Shown piece by piece: positions 26,232 to 39,357 of a stretch of 39,357 bases of DNA. This stretch comes from Octopus bimaculoides (lineage: Eukaryota), in contig NC_068997.1 in the NCBI RefSeq assembly GCF_001194135.2, positions 44,039,037 through 44,078,393 of the forward strand, written 5' to 3'. Position 1 is the first letter of the stretch; every line of letters starts with the position of its first letter. The notes under the pieces were generated by a model. It was not told the origin of the DNA, searched no databases, and worked only from the letters and a program-made list of their open reading frames with translations. A program made the position numbers and the translations under genes.

Positions 26232-26837
26232 TGAGGTCTGATTAATAAATATCAGGACTGTTGCCATAGAAACGAAGGTAAAGCACACAGAGTAAAACCG
26301 CTTGGCACAGATTGACCTAGAATGCTGCTGTACATGTGCACTAAGTTTTAACGTTCTACCACACTTCTGCCGTTTATAGCAGTGCTTGGAAGGAAGGTGT
26401 GTAGCATGCGATTGTCACATTAACCATGACAGAGAAAGTTGTCATAGCGATACCTGCTCAAAGGCCTATGCAAAGTTGCAAAAAGTGTATGGAGAGGAGT
26501 GTACGAGCCGCACACAAGTGTATGAGTGGTTCAGACGCTTCCAAGATGGCCAATTGAAGTGTCAATATTGATGAACGTTCTGGGAGACCTGCAACCAGCA
26601 AAACTGAGTAAAACATTGCAGATGTGTGTGCAGCTGTGAGGGGAAATCATCAAATCACCATTTGTGAATTATTAAAGTATGTGCAGAGTAGTTATGGTTC
26701 AGTTCAGTCCATTATCACTGAAGATTTGGGTATGAGACATGTCTGCCAAGTTTGTGCCAAAACTGCTTTCAGCTGACCAAAAAGACACTAGGGTTTCAGT
26801 TGCACAAGATCTGCTTGATTGTATTGAGAAGGATTAA
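26232..26837 (+). pseudogene. Mariner transposon 5' half, frameshifted, cut by assembly gap
   Basis: TA + TGAGGTCTGATTAATAAATATCAGGACT terminus; translation YAKLQKVYGEECTSRTQVYEWFRRFQDG / DERSGRP / KFVPKLLSADQK matches mariner transposase motifs. Confidence 0.85.
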
Positions 26838-27446
26838 NNNNNNNNNNNNNNNNNNNNNNNNNNNNNNNNNNNNNNNNNNNNNNNNNNNNNNNNNNNNNNN
26901 NNNNNNNNNNNNNNNNNNNNNNNNNNNNNNNNNNNNNNNNNNNNNNNNNNNNNNNNNNNNNNNNNNNNNNNNNNNNNNNNNNNNNNNNNNNNNNNNNNNN
27001 NNNNNNNNNNNNNNNNNNNNNNNNNNNNNNNNNNNNNNNNNNNNNNNNNNNNNNNNNNNNNNNNNNNNNNNNNNNNNNNNNNNNNNNNNNNNNNNNNNNN
27101 NNNNNNNNNNNNNNNNNNNNNNNNNNNNNNNNNNNNNNNNNNNNNNNNNNNNNNNNNNNNNNNNNNNNNNNNNNNNNNNNNNNNNNNNNNNNNNNNNNNN
27201 NNNNNNNNNNNNNNNNNNNNNNNNNNNNNNNNNNNNNNNNNNNNNNNNNNNNNNNNNNNNNNNNNNNNNNNNNNNNNNNNNNNNNNNNNNNNNNNNNNNN
27301 NNNNNNNNNNNNNNNNNNNNNNNNNNNNNNNNNNNNNNNNNNNNNNNNNNNNNNNNNNNNNNNNNNNNNNNNNNNNNNNNNNNNNNNNNNNNNNNNNNNN
27401 NNNNTATATGGCGGACGTTAAACGATGTTGATGATGATGATGATGA

Positions 27447-27502
<56 letters not shown>

Positions 27503-27991
27503 GTGTATATATGTAAAGATGTAACCAGGATAGATCTGCCACTCCTACCTTGGCTGACAAAATCAATTGTTATACTAAATATACATATAACTGCATTGAC
27601 AAATTGAAACCCAGCACATACATCAGAGAACTCTGGTCAAGAGTGAACGTGTTGCTCCAGTATGGCCTTAGTGGTGATGCCCAAAACAAACTAAGCTGAG
27701 TTTTTTTAAAAAAGTTATTTGACCTACAATACACATACTCACAAGCAATAGCATGTATTGAATTTTTTTATGTGTCATAGCATGCTATTATTATGTACAT
27801 GCAATTGTGTAGATTATAGATTACACACACACGTGTGTGTGTATATATTTATATATATGTATATACATATATATATGCATATATATATACATATATATAT
27901 ATACACATATACATATATATATATACATACATATATATTCATATATATACACACACGTGTATATATATATATATATATAATACATACATAC

Positions 27992-28022
<31 letters not shown>

Positions 28023-28771
28023 CATACATACATGTGTGTGTGTATGTGTGTATATGTATGTACATCATCATCATCATCATCATTTAATGTCTGCTTTCCA
28101 TACTGACATGGGTTGGACGGTTTGGCATGCAGCTGAGTAGCAGGGAACTACCCAGACTTCAAGTATATGTATGTATAGATTTATATACCTATGTATATGT
28201 GTATATATATATATATATATNNNNNNNNNNNNNNNNNNNNNNNNNNNNNNNNNNNNNNNNNNNNNNNNNNNNNNNNNNNNNNNNNNNNNNNNNNNNNNNN
28301 NNNNNNNNNNNNNNNNNNNNNNNNNNNNNNNNNNNNNNNNNNNNNNNNNNNNNNNNNNNNNNNNNNNNNNNNNNNNNNNNNNNNNNNNNNNNNNNNNNNN
28401 NNNNNNNNNNNNNNNNNNNNNNNNNNNNNNNNNNNNNNNNNNNNNNNNNNNNNNNNNNNNNNNNNNNNNNNNNNNNNNNNNNNNNNNNNNNNNNNNNNNN
28501 NNNNNNNNNNNNNNNNNNNNNNNNNNNNNNNNNNNNNNNNNNNNNNNNNNNNNNNNNNNNNNNNNNNNNNNNNNNNNNNNNNNNNNNNNNNNNNNNNNNN
28601 NNNNNNNNNNNNNNNNNNNNNNNNNNNNNNNNNNNNNNNNNNNNNNNNNNNNNNNNNNNNNNNNNNNNNNNNNNNNNNNNNNNNNNNNNNNNNNNNNNNN
28701 NNNNNNNNNNNNNNNNNNNNNNNNNNNNNNNNNNNNNNNNNNNNNNNNNNNNNNNNNNNNNNNNNNNNNNN

Positions 28772-28818
<47 letters not shown>

Positions 28819-29306
28819 ATAAATATACAGGGATTAGCTTGAGTTGCTTCTCCAACATACTGAAAATTTAGAAATAGTAGTCAAAGAACTACTGATTCTA
28901 AACTACAATTTTTTTTCTCTAACGGATGGCGATATTTATGGCACACACAGAACAAAAAACAGAAGAGAAAAGCAAAATCAAACCTGCCTTTAGTTAATTG
29001 GATACGACGTTTCACGGTTAAGAGTATGAAGTTACTCTATTCCACTCTTCAGCCCAATATTCTAATAAATTTGAAAGTGTCTCTAAAAAACTCACGGTAA
29101 TTTTGGCCATATATATATACAGAGTCCACCCCAGAAATGTATACACAATTCAGTTTTATCAGAATTTGATAAAACATCAAACGATGTATCTATATTAATA
29201 GGCATACTTATACAAGTTAAATATTTATACTGATTTTTCCTTTCCTGTTGTGTGTATGCATATTTTTGGCAGACTCTGTATGTATGTATGTATGTATGTA
29301 TGTATG

Positions 29307-29337
<31 letters not shown>

Positions 29338-30029
29338 ATAATATACATACATACACATGTATAAACATGCACACTCACTCCTTTCCAAGGTGTATTGAGA
29401 ATAAATATTGGGGCTTGATCTTATGCTTGAACTCACGCAATGCAATAATAAATATAGGATCCATTCAGATCAATGACAATTGTAGCTTTCTCTAGCAAAA
29501 GTCAAGTTGTCGTTTATTCATGTGAATCTTATATTACCTGTCCTTTCAGGTAATAATGCATAAAGGTATGAATTTCAATTCTACATTATGATGTATGATA
29601 TATTTCACCATATTGTAATACACCCCATAGCATGCATAGTGTTTGTATGTATGTATATAGATTGTAGTTGTTGTTGTTATATACATACATACACCATCAT
29701 CGTTTAACACTCACCATCCATGCTGGCATGGGTTTGACAGCTTGACAGGAGCCAGCCAGGCAGAAGCCTGTACCAGACTTCTGTGACTGTTTTGGCATGA
29801 TTTTAATAGCTGGATGCCCTTCCTAACACCAACCACTCAGCAGAGTGGACTTAGTGCTTTTTACATGGCACTAGCACAGGCAAGGTTAGTTTTGGCAAGA
29901 CGTAGGAGTGGTGGAGAGAGAAATACAGTGGTACATAAGAAAGCTGTAATAAGTAGGATGTGATGGTAGAAATGAGAGGGCATTGAGAATGATGGAGGTG
30001 TTACGAATGGAGTATTGCAGAGGAAAGAG

Positions 30030-30350
30030 ATCAGTATAGCTGGATGTGCAATGTTAGTGTGCATGTATGACAAAGTGCTAATGTATTGAGAGAAAAGTTA
30101 GGCATAAGAGGAATTAGATGCAGTGTTCAAGAGAGAAGGCTGTGTTGGTTTGGTCATGTGATGTGTATGGATGAGGACAATTGCATAAAGAAGTGCCAAT
30201 CACTTAAAGTGGATGGAACTTGTGGAAGTGGGAGACCTAGGAAGACACTGGATGAAATATTGAAGACTGAGTTTGAGAAGGTGAGTGTTATGGAGGAAAT
30301 GATGGAAGGCCAAGATAATTAGCAATTTGTTGTGGTTGAGAAGACCTGTT
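30030..30350 (+). mobile_element. RTE-clade LINE ORF C-terminal fragment
   Basis: REKLGIRGIRCSVQERRLCWFGHVMCMDED...GRPRKT matches the RTE C-terminal RLRWFGHV / GRPRKTW motif. Confidence 0.85.
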
Positions 30351-30689
30351 CCTCACAGTAAAAATGATATCCAAAAACCACTTAGTATGCTTGTACATGT
30401 GGAGCCCTTGCTCATCCTCCTTCTTTGTACTCTCAAACATTTCTCCTAATTTTCATCCCTTAACACTTATCACTCCCCTATCTATGGTACCACTTCTTAG
30501 CTGCTGTAATCACCTGAGAGCTGAATTAGCATATTTTAAAATCTCACCCATCTAGTTACCCCCCCCCCTCTCCCCCCAGACTACTTCCATTTCTCATTAT
30601 CATTTCTGCCTGCACTATTTCTACCACTCACCTCCTATTGTACCCTCAGCCACTGATCTCTTTCCTCTGCTATACTCCATTCATAACAT

Positions 30690-31188
30690 GTGAAGAGTAT
30701 CATTACATGTGGTCAATACCAAGAGCCTGATTCCAATTGCAATTGTCACGACCCAGGATCCTGTCCGCTTGACCAACAGTGTATGATTAAATCCATCATA
30801 TTTGAGGCAGAAGTTACTGCCATCCTAAATAATAATACAACATATAAGAAGACCTATATTGAATTATGTGAAGGTGGATTTAAAAATTGCTCTGCCAATC
30901 ACAGCCTCCTTCCAACATAGCGACAAAAGTAAAGCTACTAAGTTGGTTAGCTACGTATCTACTTTGAAAGATAACGAAACACCGCATGTGATTAAATGGA
31001 AAATAACTGAGAAATCCATACTGCATGTGAATGGATCGAATAAATGTTTGGCTGAAAGAGTGCAAGTCCTGTTCAGAGCTAAGATCCCTAACTCTCTATT
31101 GAACACGAGATCAGAAATTTTCAGTAGTTGCATGCATATGTATAAATATATTTTGAAGAATTGGAAAATTCCACCTATTCCTGATTAA
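30690..31188 (+). mobile_element. Penelope-like element GIY-YIG endonuclease remnant (frameshifted)
   Basis: CNC..CPL..C...SIIFEAEV...YIELCEGGFKN..NH, then in another frame FQH...ATKLVSYV..LK...IKWKI...LLNTRSEIFSSCMH; the motif order of the PLE GIY-YIG domain. Confidence 0.8.
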
Positions 31189-31932
31189 CTTGATATCTTT
31201 CCAACCTTATCATTTGAAGTCTAAGGAAGATAGCTCTTTTAGATTTTCATTTTTTATTTTTTACATTTTAGTTTCTGTTTTTCATTTACCGTTTTCCACT
31301 TTCCATTTTCCATTGTTTACTGTCTACATTTTCTATATGCTGCCTACTCAGTTTTTTTCATATTTCTTCTATTATTCAATTTCTTTACTTTGTTATGATA
31401 CATGGTTTGCGCCTGAAGAATATGAAACTATTAGTAGCACTTTAATAGATGTATTATGACCTTGAAATAAATATCTATCTCTCACCAGATAGAATACGTT
31501 TTTTTGCTGAATTTTCTATCACAGATCAGCGTATTATATATATATATATATATNNNNNNNNNNNNNNNNNNNNNNNNNNNNNNNNNNNNNNNNNNNNNNN
31601 NNNNNNNNNNNNNNNNNNNNNNNNNNNNNNNNNNNNNNNNNNNNNNNNNNNNNNNNNNNNNNNNNNNNNNNNNNNNNNNNNNNNNNNNNNNNNNNNNNNN
31701 NNNNNNNNNNNNNNNNNNNNNNNNNNNNNNNNNNNNNNNNNNNNNNNNNNNNNNNNNNNNNNNNNNNNNNNNNNNNNNNNNNNNNNNNNNNNNNNNNNNN
31801 NNNNNNNNNNNNNNNNNNNNNNNNNNNNNNNNNNNNNNNNNNNNNNNNNNNNNNNNNNNNNNNNNNNNNNNNNNNNNNNNNNNNNNNNNNNNNNNNNNNN
31901 NNNNNNNNNNNNNNNNNNNNNNNNNNNNNNNN

Positions 31933-31967
<35 letters not shown>

Positions 31968-31971
31968 TGTA

Positions 31972-33026
31972 TATTTGGTCTTGATGAGATGCAGTTATAT
32001 TTTGTGCCAGGGAGAAGCATCACTGATGCTATATGCCTGGTAAGGCAGCTGCAGGAGAAGCATCTAGCCAAAAATAAAACCCTGTACTCGTCTTTTGTTG
32101 ACATGGAGAAAACCTTTGACAGGGCCTCGCCATTCCCTTATCTGGTGATCATTGCAGAAACTAGGGATAGGTGAGTGGTTGGTGAGAGCTGACAAGCATG
32201 TACAGGGAGGTTGTCTGTAAGGTGAGGATCAGCAATAAGTATAGTGATGAATTCAGGGTACAAGTAAGAGTTCACAAAGGATCAGTACTCAGTCCCCCTC
32301 TTGTTCATCATAGTTCTCCAGGCAATAACAGAAGAATTTAAGTCAGGCTGCCCCTAGGAGCTCCTCTATGCTGCTGACCTTGTTCTTATAGCTGATTCAC
32401 TACCAGAACTAGAGAAGAAATTCCAGGTGTGGAAGCAAGGTCTAGAATCAAAGGGCCTTAGAGTTAATTTAGTAAAATCCAAAATCTTAGTAAGCAGGAA
32501 AGCAGACAAGTCACAAATCCCTTCAGGTAGAATGGCCCTGCTAGATATGTAGAAAAGGTGTAGATAGAATCTCCATAAGATGTACCTAGTGGAAGCTATG
32601 GACACATAAGAGGTGCAGCAATATCAGAGGAAGGTTAACAGGGAAAATAGTTTTTGTATATGACAGATGTACAGGTACAATAAACACTAGAAATGTAAGG
32701 AAAATAGACTCCATCAAATGCTAGGAGGGATACCTAGAAGTAGTTGATAGCTTCCGTTATCTAGGTGAGATGAAATCAGCAGTGGAGGTGGATTCTCTGG
32801 GAGTATAGCTGCTAGAATAAGAATCGGCTGAGCAAAGTTCAGAGAGCTTGTACCTCTGCTGGCAACAAAGGGCCCATCCCACAGAATGAAAGGCAGACTG
32901 CATGTTGCATGTGTACGAACAGCCATGCTCCATAGCAGTGAAACATGGACTGTGACCACAAAGGACATATGAAAGCTTGAAAGAAATGAAGCTAGTATGC
33001 TTCGCTGGATGTGCAATATCAGTGTA
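31972..33026 (+). mobile_element. RTE-clade LINE reverse transcriptase fragment (stops, frameshifts)
   Basis: FVPGRSITDAICLVRQLQEKHL...FVDMEKTFDR; VHKGSVLSP; LLYAADLVLIA (decayed YADD); ends in MLRWMCNISV. Confidence 0.9.
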
Positions 33027-33972
33027 CTGCCCTCTGTTGGCATGCTACAGAACTAGTCCAGGAAATTTTTGATACCACCTTGTATGTATATATATATATA
33101 TATATATATATNNNNNNNNNNNNNNNNNNNNNNNNNNNNNNNNNNNNNNNNNNNNNNNNNNNNNNNNNNNNNNNNNNNNNNNNNNNNNNNNNNNNNNNNN
33201 NNNNNNNNNNNNNNNNNNNNNNNNNNNNNNNNNNNNNNNNNNNNNNNNNNNNNNNNNNNNNNNNNNNNNNNNNNNNNNNNNNNNNNNNNNNNNNNNNNNN
33301 NNNNNNNNNNNNNNNNNNNNNNNNNNNNNNNNNNNNNNNNNNNNNNNNNNNNNNNNNNNNNNNNNNNNNNNNNNNNNNNNNNNNNNNNNNNNNNNNNNNN
33401 NNNNNNNNNNNNNNNNNNNNNNNNNNNNNNNNNNNNNNNNNNNNNNNNNNNNNNNNNNNNNNNNNNNNNNNNNNNNNNNNNNNNNNNNNNNNNNNNNNNN
33501 NNNNNNNNNNNNNNNNNNNNNNNNNNNNNNNNNNNNNNNNNNNNNNNNNNNNNNNNNNNNNNNNNNNNNNNNNNNNNNNNNNNNNNNNNNNNNNNNNNNN
33601 NNNNNNNNNNNNNNNNNNNNNNNNNNNNNNNNNNNNNNNNNNNNNNNNNNNNNNNNNNNNNNNNNNNNNNNNNNNNNNNNNNNNNNNNNNNNNNNNNNNN
33701 NNNNNNNNNNNNNNNNNNNNNNNNNNNNNNNNNNNNNNNNNNNNNNNNNNNNNNNNNNNNNNNNNNNNNNNNNNNNNNNNNNNNNNNNNNNNNNNNNNNN
33801 NNNNNNNNNNNNNNNNNNNNNNNNNNNNNNNNNNNNNNNNNNNNNNNNNNNNNNNNNNNNNNNNNNNNNNNNNNNNNNNNNNNNNNNNNNNNNNNNNNNN
33901 NNNNNNNNNNNNNNNNNNNNNNNNNNNNNNNNNNNNNNNNNNNNNNNNNNNNNNNNGTGTTGGTTTGTTTAT

Positions 33973-34185
33973 TAAGGTGGTGAGCTGGTAGAAACGTTAG
34001 AACGCCGGGCGAAATGCTTAGCAGTATTTCGTCTGTCTTTACATTCTGAGTTCAAATTCTGCCGAGGTCGACTTTGCCTTTCATCCTTTCAGGGTTGATA
34101 AATTAAGTACCAGTTGCATACAGGGTTGATCTAATCAACTGACTCCCTTCCCCCAAATTTCAGGCCTTGTGCCTAGAGTAGAAAA
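33973..34185 (+). mobile_element. tRNA-derived CORE-like SINE (family C), inserted in a family-B SINE
   Basis: GGTGAGCTGG head, GAGTTCAAATTC B box; 16-bp TSD GTGTTG(G/A)TTTGTTTAT at 33957-33972 and 34186-34201. Other copies at about 1185-1270(-), 7105-7270(-), 21526-21655 and 21660-22140. Confidence 0.8.
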
Positions 34186-34764
34186 GTGTTGATTTGTTTA
34201 TATCCATGTAACTTAGTGGTTCAGTAAAACAGACTGATAAAATAAGAACCATATGCTGAAAAAGAGAGAAAAATAAGTACTGGGATCGATTTGTTTGACT
34301 AAAACCCTTCAAGACGGCAGTGTCCCCAGCATGGTCACAGACAAATGACGGACAAGTAAAAGAAATGAAGAAGATAATAACAAAATTAAATGCAACTCAC
34401 TCGTCTCTCTTTGATACTGAAAACAAATCAGGCTTTTAGTACGATGTTCAACATTCAGTTACACAGCAGACACTCAGTGGAAATATTTGGTGGATGTTGG
34501 TCGGAGAACAGATGGACTACACCATCACATGACGTACTGGATAACCAGAGAACTGGACAGTGTACTGAGAAAAGAAACAGTGTTTCAGATATTCTCAGTT
34601 ATGTATTTATATATAAAAATCATATAGCATGGGTCATGGGATGGGAGGAGAGAGTGGATGCTTTTAAAGTGTGTAGCTGGATATGGTTGAGAAAGTTTGT
34701 CTACTAAGAGAAGATCAAAGGATGGCTCATCAAATATTTATCTATGCCTCTTGAATGTGTGTGA

Positions 34765-34800
<36 letters not shown>

Positions 34801-34897
34801 GAAATATATATTTATATGCATATATAAATATATTTGTGTGAGTGTTGTTATGTGCACTGTGTGCATGCATGTATGTGTATGGGTATATACATATGTA

Positions 34898-34990
<93 letters not shown>

Positions 34991-35129
34991 TTATGGATGT
35001 GTGTATGTATGTAGAAATGTTAGCAGCAGGGTGATGCTGGCTATTATACACAGTTCATACATGTAATGACATGTCAACAACAAATGTCAGCCAATAGTCA
35101 ATTGTCACCAAATACCATTTTTATAGTTT

Positions 35130-35623
35130 CCCTGTCGATGTTGTTGATGGTGATGCTGCTGCTGTTGCTTTTGTTATTGTATTGTTATTGGAGGTAATGG
35201 CAATAGTAATGTTTGTGATGGTTATAATGGTTTGGTGGTCGTTGACGATGTGATAGTAAGTATCATAGCAGGGACGATTGTAGCAGTTGTGGTTTTGAAG
35301 GTGGTGGTGGTGGTGGGAGGTGGTTCTGTTACATGCGGTTTTGATGGTGGTGGTGGTAGTGGGAGGTGGTTGTGGTAGTTGTGGTTTTGATGGTGGTGGT
35401 GGTGCTGGTGGCAGTGGTGGGTGGTTGTAGTACTTGTAGTTTTGATGGTGGTGGTAGTGGTACTTGTGGTATTATAATAATCATAGTCTTGAAGTTGGTG
35501 GTGGTTGTAGTTGTTGTGGTTTTGATGGTGCTGACACTTTGGGTAGTTGTAGTCTTGGTGTTTGTGGTACTTGGGGTACTTGTAGTTTTGGTGCAGGTGG
35601 TATTTGGGGTACTTGTAACATTG
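35130..35623. repeat. Degenerate (GGT/TGT)n low-complexity tract
   Basis: Recurring GTGGTTTTGATGGTGGTGG units; no clean continuous frame established. Confidence 0.8.
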
Positions 35624-35799
35624 NNNNNNNNNNNNNNNNNNNNNNNNNNNNNNNNNNNNNNNNNNNNNNNNNNNNNNNNNNNNNNNNNNNNNNNNNNNNN
35701 NNNNNNNNNNNNNNNNNNNNNNNNNNNNNNNNNNNNNNNNNNNNNNNNNNNNNNNNNNNNNNNNNNNNNNNNNNNNNNNNNNNNNNNNNNNNNNNNNNN

Positions 35800-35830
<31 letters not shown>

Positions 35831-36219
35831 TTTACTCTTTTACTCTTTTACTTGTTTCAGTCTTTTGACTGTCGCCATGCTGGAGCACCGGATATATTTA
35901 TGTGAGTGTGTCTTTGTGTTTGTGTCTGTCCCCCCACCATCGCTTGACAACTGATGTTGATGTGTTTACATCCCCATAACTTAGCAGTTTGGCAAAAGAG
36001 ACCAATAAAATAAGTACTATGCTTACAAAGAATAAGTTCTGGGGTCAATTTCTGTGACTAAAAACTCTTTACGATGGTGCTCCAGTATGGCCACAGTCAA
36101 ATGACTGAAATAAGTAAAAGAATAAAAGAATTATTAAAAAGAAATGCAGTGACAACTACTCCAAAATTGAGCTGGCAATGACTTGTCAGAGAATCTTGAT
36201 GAGTTGTTGTTTGGAAAAT

Positions 36220-36449
36220 TTGATCCTGTTGATACCAACCTGGCTGGAACCACCTCTGGCTCTGTAGTACAAATGTCTTGTTTTCAAAAGTTTTGAATAA
36301 AAATCTTCCACCAAATCTTAGTCACAGTTTGTGTTCCCAACACTAGCTTAATGATAACTTTGTTATTTTATTAAATTCTTTGTTACATTTAAAATTAATT
36401 GAAAGAAACACAGAGCATCTCAACAGAAATATGGTAACAAAAGGATTAA
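36220..36449. mobile_element. piggyBac-like MITE, second copy
   Basis: Shares TGATACCAAC at the left and AACAGAAATATGGTAACAAAAGGATTAA at the right with 16422-16633. Confidence 0.5.
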
Positions 36450-37193
36450 TGTCATAGTTCTACTATTATTCTGATTAACTCTTAACTTTCTGTATGACAC
36501 AGTACCACACTGGACTGCATTGTCCAGCTAATTCTGAAATGCATGATATCACAAAAATCAAACTAATTTTGTTTACATTCATTTCGAAGGAAGTGAACCA
36601 CTCTCTAATGTATAGGAGAAAAATTTACTCCATTCTTCTTACATTTATTTTCGTTCTATAATAGAATCATTATAGAACTGAGTTTTTGACATAAAATATT
36701 TTCCAACATGATATTTACATTCCTTGTTAACATTATAACTGAGCCCTGTCTGACTTCTTCTGAAGAAGCGCTGGTACACTGTGGAAACTCTAGAGTAGCA
36801 AACCACTGGACTGGCTTCATTATCCCTGCAATAGTTACTGCTCTCAACAATTCAATAACCTAGTAATGTTATGTATAAAGGTTAGATATCTCATAAGATT
36901 TCAAAATAGATTTTCCCATTATGAAACTAATTTTTTGTTAATGGTATATATGTAAGATAGTGTAATGAAATGTCAACAAGCTCTCATGTTTTGTTTTATT
37001 TTCTATATATTATATATTTGTGTGTGTGTGTGTATACTTTTTTAATTAAAGCTGCAAAAAAACGTCACAAAAATCTGTTACTCAGAGTTTTATGTTCCCA
37101 TTCATCGGACAGTTGTGATTAAGACTGGAATAAAATTGTATTGGTACATGTAATATATACATACACACACACACACACATACACACACACACA

Positions 37194-37252
<59 letters not shown>

Positions 37253-37819
37253 GAAGTTGACCAGTAAAGTGGACATTTAATATGCTAGAAATAGACCACA
37301 GTTTGTGTCTACTAAAACCTAGTAGTTCTCAAAAGAACTAGTTTCCTGGTAATAAATCGATATTAATTAATATCTGATATTTACCCTATGTTTTAATTTT
37401 ATATATATATACACATGTCACAAACATATTTTATCTAACCTAAATTTTGCTTATACCTGAATACTACTTCGTGCCAATATTTTATTTTTCACAATCAGGT
37501 GATCAACCAACGCAAATCAGTCAACATCGTTGACTGTATGTTACATAAAGCTATTGTTTTATAAGATTTGTTCAGAGTTGTCTCTCTTAGGTACCTCCCA
37601 TTGATAAACGCGAACTAGCTTGAAACATTGATGTCTGGGAGTCCTGATAGACAGCAACACTGAACAAATAGGGTGTCGTTACACCTTTTAACCATAAGAG
37701 AAATATTTTCTCTGTGGTAACTGCAATAAATTTTGCCTTTTTGCAGTTGAAATATGTCACAAACATATTTTAATTAACCTAAACTTTGCATATATATGTG
37801 TGTGTGTGTAGTGTATAAA

Positions 37820-37897
37820 CAATTTAAGATATATATAGATAGATATATATATATATATATATATATGCAAATATAAATACATATATACATGTGCATT

Positions 37898-37982
<85 letters not shown>

Positions 37983-38097
37983 GTATCTATCTATCTTTCC
38001 ATCTATATATCTATCTGTCTGTCTGTCTGTCTGTTTATCTATCTATCTATCTATATCTATCTATCTATCTATCTATCTATTTCTCTCTCTCTCTCTG

Positions 38098-38133
<36 letters not shown>

Positions 38134-38135
38134 CA
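37820..38135. repeat. (AT)n/(ATCT)n/(GTCT)n microsatellite block
   Basis: Direct reading; source of several spurious ORFs. Confidence 0.95.
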
Positions 38136-39244
38136 TTATACACATGTGTATTCTCGCACACCTAATCCTATATACATACAGATTTATATATAGATAAAGT
38201 AAATGCTTTCTATAGACAATGTTTACAATATCAGTATTTTAAACTCCAAAGTCTGTTGTGTTTATATAGGACACTGGTTTATTTTACCTAACAAACCACC
38301 TTCCTTACCTCAGTAAGGTAACCTGAAACAAGTAGAGTTAAATATATTTACACAACCCAACAAGGGAGTCTCTACTTGACCTGCTAGAAATAGTAAAACA
38401 AATTTTCCCCAAACTCTACTCTGCAGTCTTATAAAGTGAAGAATATAATCTACATATAATCCTAATGGAGTGTTTCTATATTTTTTGTATTTTTCTTGAA
38501 CCTTAGGATTCATAAGGTTTGATACCTTGTTTCCATGGGGTATAAGTGATCAAAATCTCAACATTCCACTGAACAGGATATCAGCCCATTGCAAGATTGA
38601 AAGCTGGGAATTTTTGAGGGGAGGGGAAAAGTTGACTTTTGTCTTTTATCATATCTTTCACTTGTTTCAGTCAGTAAATTGCAGCCATGCTGGGGCATTG
38701 CCTCGAAAAAATTATTTGGTCAAATATATCAAGCCAGTATTTATTTTTTTAAAGTCTGATATTAATTTTAGTGGTCTCTTTTGTTGAACTGTTTAGTTAA
38801 GGGGATGTAAACTGGCTAGCTCCAGTTATCAAGCAGTGGAACAGACAAACACAAAGACACACACACACATGTACACACATGCACACACACACTGGACTGC
38901 CTTCAGTTTCAGTTTACCAGATCCATTCACAAGGCTTTGGTCAGCCCAAGGCTTTTGTCAAAGACACTTGCCCAAGGTGCCATCTAGTGGAACTGAACCT
39001 GGAACCATGTGGTTAGGAAGCAAACTGTCTTTTACTTGTTTGATTCATTTAGCCTGCAGCCATGCTGGGGCACCACCTTGAAGAATTCTAGTCAATCATA
39101 TCAAATCCAGTACTTAACTTTCTAAACCTGACATTAATTCTATTGGTTTCTTTTGCCAAACTGCTAGGTTATAAGGAATGTAAACACAATTACACCAGTT
39201 GTCAAAATGGCTGAGGGGAGACAATCTCAGGCATACATACGTAC

Positions 39245-39299
<55 letters not shown>

Positions 39300-39357
39300 T
39301 ACATACATACACACATATATACATACATATATATACATACATACACACACACACGCA

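Larger units (their letters stand above)
24765..35799. other. Six assembly gaps: 24765-25136, 26838-27404, 28221-28771, 31554-31932, 33112-33956, 35624-35799
   Basis: N runs, each bordered on at least one side by a (TA)n run or TA-rich sequence. Confidence 1.

Noticed and set aside
35130-35623. Thr/Pro-rich mucin-like reading on the - strand
   Set aside because: The Thr-rich register shifts between frames and hits stops; no splice boundaries; consistent with a decayed trinucleotide repeat.
24546-35905. Long ORFs containing X runs and YI/IY/CV repeats
   Set aside because: Artefacts of N gaps and dinucleotide repeats.

Overview
AT-rich, microsatellite- and SINE-dense animal genomic DNA from a draft assembly with six N-gaps. 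The repeat landscape resembles octopus/cephalopod DNA (inference only). The left third holds a complete intron-containing cytosolic Hsp70 gene (hsc70/HSPA8 type, + strand, 651 aa, 6 coding exons, 7991-10658). Its upstream non-coding exon and compact HSE/CCAAT/CRE/Inr promoter lie at about 5650-5810. A previously fragmented 3-exon Lys-rich gene on the - strand (12466-11244, about 158 aa, not recognised) converges on it tail-to-tail. The rest is mostly nested tRNA-derived SINEs, RTE-type LINE pieces, a Penelope GIY-YIG remnant, mariner/Tc1 fossils and hAT/piggyBac/mariner MITEs. The most unusual object is a 291-bp foldback element about 1.7 kb upstream of the hsc70 promoter (3727-4017). It has 43-bp terminal inverted repeats, a 6-bp target-site duplication and head-to-head telomeric (TTAGGG)n/(CCCTAA)n arrays inside.
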